A stretch of DNA of 64,000 nt. Source: Lama glama. Its lineage: Eukaryota. The stretch is from NCBI GenBank assembly GCA_028534125.1, contig CM052817.1:102984001-103048000 (forward strand), written 5' to 3'. Positions 1 to 13,155 of the stretch are shown here, piece by piece (the first letter of the stretch is position 1; each line of letters opens with the position of its first letter). The notes below the pieces were generated by a model. That model was not told the DNA's origin, made no database searches, and worked only from the letters and a program-made list of their open reading frames with translations. Made by a program: the position numbers and the translations under genes.

Positions 1-2466
1 AGCATGTAATCAGCGATCCAGATTTCTTCCTTCTGGTATTTTTTTGTCAAGCAACTTTACTTCAAGTTGCACGTATAAGTTTTGCTGAGGACAAAGTAAA
101 CAGAATAAATGCGATGGAGAATCACTAAGATAGATGCTATGATCTAAATGAGTCCTCATTTTCAACAAGAAAATAATGACTCTGCTAAAAAATGGTAATG
201 GATTTTTTTTCTTCTCATTTTTCCCTCAGACTTTTTAGGGTGTCTTGTGCTGATTAAGATCAAAGAGTGGGTATTTAATTGGTACTAGTATTTCTCTTCA
301 TTCCTTTCTCAAGCACATAGATCTACATTCATCATGCAAGTGCATATTTTAAACTGCGATAGAATCTCCTTCTAAAAGGCAGGGGGGTTTGAAAACAAAA
401 TAGAAACAGAGAACTATAACAACAATGATCATAGAAACTTGTTATCACTGGATGTTATTAAAACTTGGCCAGATTTTCAACCAGTTCATAGTATGCTTGG
501 AAGAAAGATATAAAAAGGTGAGAAAGAAAAAAAAAATCAAAGGAAGTCTTTGGAGAGTACCACTTGACTTACACTCTTCAAAGAACATTGACCATAGTAT
601 GTGAAAGAAAACAATCATATCAGAAATCACATAATTTTCACTCAGGGTCTAATGAACAACGTGGGAATGATCTACTAAAGAAAAGAAACAAACATAAAAG
701 TGAGCATTTAAACAATTATCCTCATTAATTCAACTCAAAGACTTGCTAGAGCAGAAAGTATGTTCAAATATGTCAGAGGATGCTCACAAATGTGGCACCT
801 GGCCAGAATCCTTGCTGGAGGAATATTATTCACAGTTGGGGTCAGGGGAATAGCTTAATCAACGTACAAAGAGAAGGTGGAGAGTAGGGATCCACAGACA
901 AATGGTATGAAGAAGAAAACATTACTTTTGACTTGTTTATTCTTACATTTGCAGAGACTATCCAATTTTCATTAGCTATTTCTGAAAGAAGCAATGGAGG
1001 CAATGCCTTGCTGCTTCTAGAAAGAAAATGTGTTTGTCGTTGTCTCATGGTATGTTATTGTGGCAAATGCTGGTCAAGTGGCCTTTGTGAGTTATGTTTC
1101 ATTCACGATGCGTTAGAAACAATGTACAGATTCCATCTAGAAAAAGTAATTTCTATAGGAGAGCTCTCTTCTTTTTCAGTTTCACTTTTGGTAATAAAGA
1201 TATTCAAATCTATATATTAAACACCGTTTTTAAACAGGGCCATTTGGCAAAAAAATCAGAAACTTTTCTAAATTAATGTCTCTTCATAGGTGCTAAAATA
1301 TGGTTGGGATTCTGTGCTTCACGGTAAATGACTTGTATCAAACATGATTTTTAAGGCATTTTTAGGGTTAAATTTTCACTGTGCAACTTTTAGGAGTTTA
1401 ATTCATAATAGAATTAATATTTTAATACTTTAATAATAACTACAGCAGCCTTGGAAATCATCTATTTCTATTCAATGCACATGAGTTGAATTCTCCTAGA
1501 CAAAATCTGACTTCATAAGCCCTTCAGCTTTGCCCTAAAATTCACATATCACATCAAAATATTGCAAGCAAAAATTCTAGTTTCAAAAACAGTCTCTTAA
1601 AATCACACTGGGATTTTAACATAAGACAATGATATAAACATTGATGACGTCATGATAGGAAGCAACTGTAAAGCAGATAATTTTGTTTAAGAAGTAACAC
1701 AGGTCAAAATGATTTATACAGATAGCATATCACAGATAACACTGAGCATAACTCCTGTATAAAACAAATACCTACTGTTGTCACAGCTGGGAGAGTGACC
1801 TTTTCAACTTTCTGAGGCTCCGCCTTGGTGAATTATTGGCAATTTCCTCACTATTGGGAAAGCATCCTCTTCCTCAGCCCATGTTCTTTCTCCTTCTTTC
1901 TATATCCGTGTACGTAGTAACCGAATAAAAACAGGACTACTGGCTCATGGAATGTTTCTGCTGTGCAAACCACAGGTTTTAACCAAAATCTGGAATCTTT
2001 AAGTGGCAATTGTCTGAGAAGTGCCCTGGAAAGGCTTTTGTCACATGTTTGTTAGAGGACCATCTTGGACAATCATGGGAAAAGAATGGATGAAAAAGGG
2101 CATTAAAATGAATCTATTCCATTTGTAGGAGAAAAAAATGATAGCCATTCCTTTTTTTTCAAAAAGCATTTTTAGGAACTAACTCTTAATCTTATTCACC
2201 TAACACTCCCAGTTCACCAGGAAGGGCAACAAAAAAAAAGCCAGGAAGATTGGAAGCACTTCAGGCTGTGAGGAGGAGCTGTCGCCCTGGCTGGGTGCCC
2301 AGTCACCCTGGCGCTCGCCGAATTCCTCGGGTACCTACAGTGGCTTAAGTCTCCAGGACAATGAAGCTGGGGGAAAAAAGTCTCAAAGGATTCCACTTAC
2401 AGTTCTAACAAGTCTCGTGTTATTTCGCATGTCCGCGGCATTTTTTCCCTTTCCAGTGTGTTTCTA

Positions 2467-2588
2467 TTTATTTCTTGGGAGGAGGTAATAGATTTATTTA
2501 TTCATTATTGGAGACTGTCCTGGGATGAGCTCAGGATCCTGTGCATGCCACACAGGTGCTCTGCCACTTGAGCTATGCTGTCTCCCCT
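2467..2588 (-). mobile_element. Vic-1-type camelid tRNA-derived SINE
   Basis: Minus strand reads GGGGAGACAGCATAGCTCAAGTGGCAGAGCAC...GCATGCACAGGATCCTGAGCTCATCCCAGG...AATAAATAAATCTATTACCTCC: A/B-box-like tRNA head plus the typical Vic-1 tail. Degenerate flanking duplication (ttccagtgtgtttcta / ttcagaatgtttcta). Confidence 0.85.
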
Positions 2589-4819
2589 TTCAGAATGTTT
2601 CTAATTGATTCTTTTGTTTGCTCCTTGTAACAACTCTGTGGAACAAATGAAGAAATGAAGGTAAACTGATTTTAACTTTCCCTGCTTCTTAGCCCACACT
2701 GTGTTTGCTATTAGACATTTCTGCCTCCTTGGAGTTCCCAACTGGTTTCAAGGCTTATTGTTTCTGATGGGAACCTCAGAAATACAATGAGGCCCCTACA
2801 GGACTGAATTTATCAAGGGCTTTTCTAAGTCATGATGAATTGCCAAGTAATTGGAAAAACTACCAAGTTAAATTCTCTGAGTCAGTGCTTTCAGGAATAG
2901 TATCTTTATTATTTGCCAACTGCTAGGTTCCTTGTAAATATAAGTCAAGGTGTTTACCACAACAACATGTGGGGGAGTCAGTCCTTTGGGGAGATCATTA
3001 CCATTATTTTGAGAAAAACTTAAACAGAGACCTCCAATTCTCACAATTGGGAGAATTAGAGTTCCTGAAAACTTCATCAGCAAAAGCACCTAAAATTGAT
3101 AGTTAGGGTTAAAAAAATTAACAATAAATATGGCTCATTTATCAAACAGTGCATATCTCATAAAACTGAAACTGAAAACAGGAAGAAAGTAGGGAGCGAA
3201 TGTACATTGGTGCACACGTCGCTACATTCCTTTCCTATTTCAGTGTAAATAATTGCCACTATAAAAATTATAGGCCATCATGGGAAACAGAAATAAGGAT
3301 TGTGTTAGTTTCTGTTTGTTTGTTTTAAGCAGCATGTGTTCCTCTGGCTGGATTAGAGCCACTAAAACGGGTTTCAATTGAGATCTAGGCAAGAGAATAA
3401 TTCTTGGAGCTTGACGTCTGAGAGAATATGGGGGTTGGGGGAGGTAGGGAGGAACATTAAGTCTAAATAATGAATACAATACAGAGGCTTAAAACTTCCA
3501 TGGGACTATTAGCATCTCCACCTCCACCCCCACCCCCATCCTTCCTCCACCTTGGCAGACCTAACAGTGCAGGGCTGATGGGGAGGTGGGGATGGTGGGG
3601 AGTAGAGGGGAAACAGGCTTTGTCGTGGCTCCCAGAGATGTGCCCCAGGGACAAGATAGGAGAGCAATGATGGACAAATCATGTGAGTCTCATGGGTGGA
3701 ACAAAGAATGCTCGGAGAAGCAGACCAATGCCACTCTCCTGCAGGATATTCCTCCACTGTGAAATGGGACAGATTGCACACTTGATATTTTACAGGCATA
3801 GCCATAGCAACAACAGCCAAACACATTTTCCTTTGGTACTTCATCATTTTGCTTCTCTAGGTGGTTAAATTCTTCTCTGGAATGGAAATTTACCTCTAGT
3901 ATTTTCCTTTTATTTTCTTCTTTCTTTCTTTCTTTCCTGCATAAGTGATGTTTGTGGCAAACATTTTTAAAGTATTTTAAATTCATTACTAAGCCAACAA
4001 AAAGAAAGGAAATCTAAGAGGACAAAAATGAGGTAAGGGCAGGAATCCAGAAAGGTAAGCTAGCACTGAAGGTAGTTTCTAACCTGAGGGCATTCACCAA
4101 AACTTCAAGGTTTTCAGGCAGATTAAATGTGTCCAAAGCTAAGAAAACAAAGTCTACAGACTTTCCAGGGTGATGGGAGGGCTAAGAGAAACACCTAACT
4201 AGAGTGAGGAATGCAGAGTTATGCCCTTGGTATAAACGAAATCCAAAAATAAAACTAAGAACAGAAATAACATAGCAAGAAGACTTGCCTGTCTTATCTG
4301 GGCAAACAGAAAGAACATCCTGATAATTAAAAACTATAAACTGAGTATCACCTGGCTTTGTAGCCAGAACGCACTAGCAAGTCTTCAAAGCTTCAAACTG
4401 AGAATTTATTCACTCTTGGGCTGAAAGTACCTTCAAATACTTGATATAAATACAATATTCTTCAGGAAAAACATTTTCAGACAAGGTCTTCATTCCCACA
4501 AGCAAAGTCTCAAAACACGTGAGCTCACAGTAGAGTATCACAAAATTTCCAAAGAAGCAACAGAAACAAAAGATGAAAGGCACAGGTTTTAGAAACTTCA
4601 GGTACTGCAGTAACCAGATAATAATATAAAATAGTAGTATCTACTATGTTTAAATAGTTAAAAAGACATTGAAAATATATACAAGTATTGAACAAAAACT
4701 ATGAAAATGGAGCAGGCAACTTGGGAATAATAAAACTATAATAACTAAAAATTTTAATTACCCCTTACTTTAAAAGCAGATTACACAGTAGCAAAAAGAT
4801 AATTAGCAAACTAGAAGAT

Positions 4820-5326
4820 TTCTAACTAAAAATTGGCACTTGCCATCTGCCTCTACAAGGATTGGATCACGTTGGCACTTGCCATCTACCTCTGCTTGGA
4901 TTCAGTCACGAGCCGCTGCAGCCACTGACATTCAACATACCCTGAAAACTCAGGGTGGAGATCAGGAATGAGGTGCTCTGTGCTCTGGGAAAACTGGCTG
5001 AACACGCCTTCAGACAGTTAGGTATTTTCAGGAGAAGATTTTGTGAGCCCAGTTCTTGCGTCTTCCCATATCTAGAAAAGAACTAAAATCATTAATGGCC
5101 ACATGTGCTCCTCATGACTAACAGGAAGCCTCTGCCTAAATATGTACTTGACTCCATGTACCTCCCTTCACTGAAATCATATGTAATACTGAGTTCTCCC
5201 CCTGCCTCTTTGGAACAATTTCTCAGAGCTATCTGAGGAGCTGTCTCCCGAGCTATAGTCCTCATTTTGACCCAAATAAAACTTAACCCACAACTCTCAT
5301 GTTCTGTGATTTTATTTCAGTTGACA
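4820..5326 (+). mobile_element. Solo LTR, ERV1 class
   Basis: 4-bp TSD AGAT at 4816-4819 and 5327-5330. Imperfect terminal inverted repeat (ttctaactaaaaat ... atttcagttgaca). AATAAA about 50 bp before the 3' end. Confidence 0.85.
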
Positions 5327-5696
5327 AGATAAATATGAAGAAATTTAGAATGTGGCATAGAGAGACAAAGAAATAGGAAACATGAAATGTAGTTTAAAAA
5401 GACGTGGAGGATAAAGTAAAGAGAGAAAAGAAAGGCAATCTTGAAGTGCTAATGACAGAGGGGTTTCCCAACTTGTTGAAAGACAACAGATTTAGTTTCA
5501 GAAAGACCAGCACATTTAAACAAACACATACTTAGGCATATGACAGTAAACTGCAAAACACCAAAGACAAAGAAAGGATCTTAAGAGGTGCCAGAGGTGA
5601 ATAGCCAATTACCTGCAGAGAAATAATATTTAGGCTGATAATCTGTCTCCTCAGCAAATACTAACGTCAGAAGATCATGTAATAATATCCTCAAAG

Positions 5697-6288
5697 TGTT
5701 AGCAGATGGAGGGACCCCTAAATTAAGGAGCTCACCAAAGTATGGGTCCTCGCCACTGCCTATGAAAGAATTCACACAGCAGAGGCAGAGGGACAAAGTG
5801 AACAGCTGCTTTATTGTTCCGAAGAAACAGAGAGAAGGTGCTCATGCCAGGAGAAGGCAAGAAGAACATTGAAGCGAGGAAACGGTGCTGGAGAGGGCAG
5901 CTGTCAGCCAAGATGTTCGGTAGAGACAGTGCCTGCCCAAGTCGGACCACGTGGACTTCTGTGGGAGGCTTCTGTCATCATTTCCTCCTCCGAGTGTGCT
6001 GGAGCTGATCAGTCCTTGTTTAAGTTTTCCAGTCCTTGTATGGGCTTTTCAGGTTGTTGTCATGGCAACTGTCAACTGTCATGGTGTATCATTTTGCAGC
6101 TAATACATTACAATGAGCATTTAATGAGGCTCACGGTCCACTGGAACGCAAGCCCTTTGCCATTTTGGACTGGATTCTAACCAGTTCTTATTTCTCCTCC
6201 TCTCCGCTTGAGACTTAGATAAAAGCAATTGGTTTCTATTTGAGGGAGGGGCAAGGATATGATCCTGGGGGCAACAGCCTCAGTAACA
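5697..6288 (-). mobile_element. Solo LTR, MER41-like (ERV1/MER4 group)
   Basis: Termini TGTTA...TAACA; flanks caaag/aaaag; minus-strand AATAAA near 5810. Segment gttgtcatggcaactgtcaactgtcatgg...gctaatacattacaatgagcatttaatgag...gccattttgg resembles the MER41 U3 core. Confidence 0.8.
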
Positions 6289-7670
6289 AAAAGAAAAGTT
6301 GTTTTTAATCAGAATGCTGTAATCTAGTGGACCCGGCATCACCGCCCCCAAAAATCTCCAAAGATTCTGTGCAGCCCTGAAAGTTTGAAAGGGAAATGAA
6401 GGAATAATCTCAGCTAATCATTGAGGTAGGTGGTCAGAGTCATCCCATCCCCCAGGGCAGTGCCTGTAGGCTTGTCCTAATCCGCTGCGTGAGCCTGCTC
6501 TTCTGGGACCCAAGTTGGCCTGGGAGACTTGAGCGTTTCCATCAGTAAGAGGCAGGGGTGGGGAGGGCTCCTGCTGTCTTTCAAAAGGCCTGAGAAATTT
6601 CAATTGTGCCTTTCAATAATGAGTATAATGAAACCATATCAAACAGACACAAGCGGACACCAGGAGAGTCTTATTAAAAGATGCTTTAAGGATAACTCTA
6701 AGAAAACAAACCCCACGGAGAAGACCTGAAGTGCATAAGGAATGGTAAACATGAGGGTAAACTGTTAGATGAAAATTTCTACATAAAACGTGGTAATAAT
6801 GCCTAATTTAATGATGTAAATGTAGAATTAAATATGGACAAGACTAGCATGTGTGATAGAAGGGAGTAATGAGAGTCAAACCTCCAAAGTCCTTGTATAA
6901 TCTAGAAATAGGGTAAAATTAAACTTTTTAAATGTATATATGTGAAATTGTATAATAAGCCCTGAAAGGAATAAAAATAAATTCAAATTTTCAAACTACT
7001 AGAGGGTTTAAAAAGTAGCAAGGAGAAAAAACAATCCAAAAGAAGTTAAGGAGAAAATAAAATAAGCATTATCATCATGTTGTACATCTTACATCTTTAC
7101 AGTTTTTGCCAATTATATCTCAATAAAATTGTGAAAAAAATTTAAAAACAGCTATAAGAGTAATACATAAAGAATATATATTTGCCCATTTTCTTTTTTG
7201 TTTTACTTCTGATTATTGTTTAAATATGGAAAAAAGATAGAATAAGTAAATACTGAAAAAAGAACCCTTGATACAATATTAATACAACACTAACTGGACT
7301 TTAAGACAAAAAACATTACTAGACATACATACCTATATAAAATATTTAATTTATAAGGAATAAAGCTATTTTAATTTGTAAGGAATAAAGCTATTCTAAT
7401 TTTTAAGAACAAAAAATTAAAAAGTGAAAGAGAAATTTGACAAAGCAACCATCATAGTGAAATACCAAAGATCTCTCTCAGTAATTGTCACAGTAAGCAA
7501 TAAAAAATATTTTGTGAAAATACTTCAGATTTTAATAGTACAATAAATGAACTTTCTCTAAAGATATACATATATATTAAATGTAACACTTTAAGGAAAA
7601 ATACACTTTTTATACATACAAATATTTAAAAAACATAATAATTGATCATTTATGGTGCTAAAGACCTCAG

Positions 7671-7818
7671 CAGGAGTCAGCAAACTATAGCCAATAAATC
7701 CAGGCACACCTTTTCATTCACGTATTGTCTAGATTGCTTTTGAGCTGCAGTTGTGACAGTATTGCGTGTAAGTCTACAATATTTGCTCTTTGTCCATTTA
7801 AGAAGTTTGCCAACCTAC
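7671..7818. mobile_element. MER58-like hAT-Charlie MITE
   Basis: Termini caggagtcagcaaact ... aagtttgccaacc; internal cattcacgtattgtcta. Confidence 0.75.
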
Positions 7819-8049
7819 TCCTTCCTAACTCCCAGAAGAGTGTTTTCCTTCTCTGTTGCCTCTGAGATTCGACATAGTCTTCAAGATCAAGCTCAAAGTT
7901 CTTCTTATGAAGCTTATCCAGAACTACAACCATTTCTCTTCTCCTTTTCCCCTGACCACTGCCATATCATTAAGGTTGATCCTAGTACACGTTTAGAGTA
8001 ATCTTGTAATCTTGTGCTTTCCATCAATTTTATGATTCAGGGCTCAGAC

Positions 8050-8790
8050 GGTAACACAAGTGTATACATATGTCCAAACTTACAAAATTGTACACATTAA
8101 CTAGTGCAGTTTTGTTGTATACCAATTATACCTTAATAAAGCTGGGAAAAACCCAGAGAGTAACACATGTTGGTGAGGATGTGAAGAAATTAGAATCCTT
8201 GTACATTGCTGATGGGAATGTAAAAATGGTTCTGCCACTAATGAAACAACAATGGTGATTCCTCAAAAAAATTAAACAAAGAAATGCCGTATGCTTCAAT
8301 AATCCCACTTTTGAATATATAGCTAAAAGAATCAAAAGCAGGGACCTGAACAGATGTCTGTACACCAATGCTCTTGTCAGGATTATTCACTATTTTCAAA
8401 AGGTGAAAGCAGCCAAAATGTCCATATAGGGATGAACAGATAAACAAAATGTGGCATATACACGCAATGGATTGTTATTCAGCCACAAAAAGAAATGAAA
8501 TTCTGACATATGCCACAAAATGGATGAACCTAGAAGACATTATGCCAAGTGAAATAAGCCAGACACAAAAAGACAAATAAGGTCTGATTTAACGTGTCTG
8601 ATGTACCTAGAATACCCAAGTTCAAACTCGTACAGACAGAAAGCAGAATGATAGTTGCCAGAAGCTGGGGAAGAGGAGAGTAAGTACATTCAATAAAATG
8701 AATATAATTAACGCCACTGAACACTATAGTTAAATATGGTTAAAATGGTAAATTGTATGTTATATATTTTTTACCATAATTTAAAAAATA
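8050..8790 (+). mobile_element. L1 3' fragments (short old 3' end followed by an L1MB-like ORF2 end and 3'UTR)
   Basis: tgttggtgaggatgtgaagaaattagaa, gacattatgccaagtgaaataagccagacacaaaaagacaaata, aaaatggtaaattgtatgttatatattttttaccataatt. Confidence 0.85.
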
Positions 8791-9852
8791 CATCATGGCT
8801 CATATTGAACACATTTATGTGGCTCATGGAGCTAAACCAGATGAAGTTTATTGTGGCTAGAGGTTCACTAGCCTGGGCACACAAAACCTCTGCCCTCTCT
8901 GAGGACTGAGGGCACTGAAATCATAAGCTATGCATAAAACCAATTCACAGCAAAGATGTGCCATCACATCTTGTGGGAACCAGACAATGTCTGGCTTTCA
9001 TGTTTATCTGTGGGACCCAAGGAAAGGACCTCCTACAAAGACACATATCCTTCAATTCAATAATCAAGTTGCTTCCTGTTTAATTTTTGGAGATTCGTTA
9101 CTTTGGATCATGCTTCTTGATATTCAGATACTCCTGGAAAGGAGGAGTCTTCCAGTCTTTTGGGTAAATCAGAAATTATTCCCTCCCAATTATGTGCATT
9201 CCTCCCCCCTGAAAAAACTAGATAAAGAGAGAATTTTAAAGGAATCCCATAGGCAAGAGGAATGACTTTAGAGGCTAAGACAGGACTGCGATGATGAACC
9301 ACTGTGGAGGCCAGCGTGATGACACATCAGGGGTGTCCATGCAGGGCAAATAAAGAAAAGGAAGAATGGGAAGCCACCAGAGAAAAACTTTAAATGCTCT
9401 ACAATTTGCTAAAAGCTGTGCCTTTACCATATGTTTAATTCACAATTAAATTATTTTATTGTTTTGTATTGTTTTTTATTGTCTGCAAGCTGTTTATTTG
9501 TGGAAAGAACTACATACAAACTAAGATCAGAAGCACCTCTAAACAAGTATTGCTGTAATTTTCTGTATCTTTCATGAGGTCGTTGGCAGTGCTGAGAGAT
9601 GTATTCCCGGGGATCCACATGACATAGAATACAATGTAAATGGTGGCCTCTGGAGTTGTGCAAAAAGGCAATCTTGGTGTCGAGCACATAGAAGGAACAC
9701 TACATGCTTGAATTAAATGAAGTGCATCAAAGTTGTAAAGTGACAAATGCCTCCTAAACCCAATTCATGACCTGGCCAATTTGATTACATACGGACATAT
9801 TCCCTAAAAGATTAAAACATGGTAATATCCAAAGCCAGATTATCTCAGTTAT

Positions 9853-9975
9853 CGTAGCATGGATTTTAGCATCAAAGAGATCCATGTTAGAATCATAGCT
9901 ACGTTACATAATACCTTCCATGACCATGGCAAACTATTCGCTCTCTCTGGCTTCCATCCCCTCACCTATAAATAG
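9853..9975 (+). mobile_element. MIR fragment
   Basis: Degenerate MIR core: catgaccatggcaaactattcgctctctctggcttccatcccctcacctataaa. Confidence 0.55.
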
Positions 9976-11844
9976 TTAGCTCTTGGACCCTTTCCCACTC
10001 CACTACCACCGTGGAAAGCTGACTCAAGTCAATAAGGAATCATTATTATCTTTCATTATTATTATTATTGTAAAGCATAATATTTAACAGTGACAGTGTA
10101 TATAATAGGATAAAGTTTTCCATATAATTTCCATAGAAGATATATTTTCAAATGATTATAACTTTTAGAAATAATCATCAAAAATAGTATTAAATGCCTG
10201 ACCAGTCTACACAAAGCCAATTCTGTTTTTAGAATGTGAAAAAGTCCAAGTATCTTTGAATTTACAAAAATGTTTCTCCTAAGAATGCTGCATTATTTGC
10301 TTCAAATAATAGTTTGTCTATGAAATGTCAAGTCAGTACGTCAGTTGTGAGGGAGGTAAAAATTTGCCCAAAGAAAAGATAACGACTTTGATTTAAATAA
10401 GCTAAAAATAAAAGTGCTTTTCAGACAATGTTCTGCTATCAACTGTGAGAAAAGGATGATGACAATGATACACACATGCACACCTATTTTAAATACAGAC
10501 GGCTATGAAGTAGGACTGAATCTCTCCGTGCCAGTCTTATGTGCTCATGTAATGACTGCATTGCACACTTGCTTGTTAGCACACACTCTCACAAGCCCAT
10601 AGTATGATAATACATGCCCTGTAGCATGGTCAGCTAGGAGGAGTGCAGTGTGTGCATATGGGCCACCTTTTAGATGCAAGAAGTCACTGTGGGAAAAAAT
10701 AACTTAAATCGTTTTCTTGCTAATTGTTTCATTTTCTAGCAGCCCACAAAACCAGTGCCTAAGCCTAATATGTTCCAGGAAAGTACTGTTACCCCCAAAT
10801 GACCACGTTTTCCAAAAAGTATACTATACAAATGCATGTCCATCAAATAAATAATGATAAAGAAATAAAGTATGAAATAAGAGAAAGTTCTATGCAAGTG
10901 AATTATCAGGATAATCTACATGCCTTATTTTGCATTTATTTGTATTATCGAATTAAAAGAAGCGAATCAAATAGCAACATGTGAAAAATAAGAGAATATA
11001 GAGTTCAATAAATAAGAATTGTAGTTTTTTTTGCAAAAGAGTTCTAAATGCATCGAATCCTTCAATTCTCTTGTGTTCATAATGTGTAATCTTTTTTCGT
11101 ATCTCTACTAACCTTCAAACCATTCTACTTAATACTTGTACATCAAAGAACTTTGTAAATGTTAAAACTTTTTGAGAACACTGCAATAATTACCTAACAT
11201 TTTAGTCAGAATCTTTCTAAGTGCTAAATATTTGGAGATCTTTCTGGAGTGAGAGAAAAGTAACCCTAAGGCTACAGGAGGCTTTCTGTTCCTGAAATGG
11301 AGGTTAAGTAAGAAACACGTTGCCTAAGTTAATACAAATGTGACAAAAAGCACTAAGCTTAGGAATTATTCTTTCATAGTATTCTCTGAGTAATATTCCT
11401 GGGGGAGAATTAATTAAACTCTCTTCAGTTTTATTATGTTCCTCCACAGCAGTTGGATTTCATATTGTTGCTATGTTTATATTTGTATGTCTGTATATAT
11501 GGCATGTGCATGTATGTGTGTGTCATACCAGGCAAGAAACAAAACAAATAAAGATCAAACATACAAGTCACGAGTCTTAATAACTATTAAATCATTTCAT
11601 ATTATTGAATCAAATTCTCATTTTCTATTGTTCAGTTTGTAAAATAAGAATAACAAAATTCGACATTATGTTTGCTTTCCCTGGAAAAGGACCAAACATA
11701 AAATTGTTCATATAGTTCTTTTTTTTTCAATATTATTTGTTCTCTATCCTTCCAATAATTTAATGCTCTTACAGTAATTTTTCCCCACTCTAATTGGACA
11801 TTCTTGAATGAGTTCTTGAATCATCCTAGCGGCATTGCTTATGT

Positions 11845-12165
11845 CTGTAGTGTTTGGTGTGGTAGCCACCAGCCACAGGTGTCTGTTGAATACTTGGAAC
11901 ACAGCTTGCCTGAATTGAGTGTGCTGTAAGAGTAAAATGCACACTGGGTATTAAAGACTTGGTAAAAAAAATGTAAACTACCATGTTAGCCAATTTCATT
12001 TTGATTATGATTTGAAGCGACAATACTTTAGTTATATTGGATTAACTTAGATATTATTTAAATTAATTTCACTTATTTCATTTTTACCTCTTTAATATGG
12101 CTAGTAGAAATTTTAAATTACATATGAGCACTCATGGCTCCCGTTATATTTGTATTAGGCAGTGG
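11845..12165. mobile_element. MER33-like hAT-Charlie element
   Basis: gtagccaccagccaca...tgaattgagtgtgctgtaagagtaaaatgcacactgg...aattaatttcac...ggctagtagaaattttaaattacatatg. Confidence 0.8.
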
Positions 12166-12443
12166 TGAAGAAGAAACTCTGGATAAATTCTTTACCTTAT
12201 AAACTTGCTACTTAATCAATTTTGATAACTTTCTGTTACTTTAAAATGATAGTTGGAACTAAGGGGACTTTTCCCCAGGGTTGCTGTAGACCACTCAGTT
12301 GTTCGGGGGACAGTTATTCTAAGTAACAAATACAAAAAGGAATTTCTGACAAGCTTTCCAAAGGATATACCTTCTCAGTAGGATATGCTAGATGTTTTCA
12401 ATCCCTTTACAATACAATTCACAAAGAACACTAACACACTAAG

Positions 12444-12536
12444 GAAAAGAAAGAGAGAGAGAGAGACAGAGAGACAGAGAGAGAGGCAGAGAGAGGAAGA
12501 AAGAAAGAAAGAAAGAAAGAAGGAAAGAAAGAAGGA

Positions 12537-12608
<72 letters not shown>

Positions 12609-12630
12609 AAGAAAGAAAGAAAGAAAGAAA
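12444..12630 (+). repeat. Compound (GA)n/(GAAA)n microsatellite
   Basis: Directly visible polypurine tract. Confidence 0.97.
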
Positions 12631-12752
12631 TATTTGGGTTAAGAAAATTGAGATATGGATAGTGACCAAGAAAATGGAAGACAATCTACTGCCAGGCAGA
12701 GAATCTGAATAAGATTAACAGCTGTAAGATCACTTTGTTGGACTAAAAAAAC

Positions 12753-12840
12753 TAACAAACAAACAAACAAACAAACAAACAAAAAACTAGACAGAAATTG
12801 GAAAATATCCAAAAATTGTGTGTGTGTGTGTGTGTGTGTG
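12753..12840 (+). repeat. (AAAC)n and (TG)12 microsatellites
   Basis: (AAAC)n at about 12753-12787; (TG)12 at 12817-12840. Confidence 0.95.
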
Positions 12841-13155
12841 AGTTTGTAGCCTCAAAACATGCTAAGATCCAAAAACATCAAAGCATTTTAATGAAACCTC
12901 AAATATGCTGGCTAAAAGTTAGCTGGAAATAATGTTAGATCCTCTACTCCTTAGCTAACCTAATGTGCTGATGAAAAAAAAAACACGTTAGCAGTCTCAC
13001 AACACTCTCTTTTCAGAGCTTAGACAAAAATTGTCCAGGAAAAATATTGACTGCAAAATCAAATATTAACAAGTGAATTTGATTTTTATTTTATTTGCAA
13101 ATAAATTATACATTTATTCAGTTGAGGTTACCATCACATGGTGTGTTTGTCTATA

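Larger units (their letters stand above)
4500..7660 (+). mobile_element. Ancient degraded L1 (ORF1 to start of ORF2), interrupted by two solo LTRs
   Basis: A-rich L1 ORF1-like remnants (aattagcaaactagaagat; aaactgcaaaacaccaaagacaaagaaaggatcttaa) resume on both sides of each LTR. Endonuclease-like remnants near 7430-7650. Confidence 0.6.

Noticed and set aside
9518..9706. 189-nt possible minus-strand exon with two open frames
   Set aside because: Mediocre splice signals (AAG acceptor, TTT|gtatgt) and no recognisable protein in either frame.
12385..12684. KERK-repeat and FFLS-repeat ORFs
   Set aside because: Translations of the (GAAA)n microsatellite.
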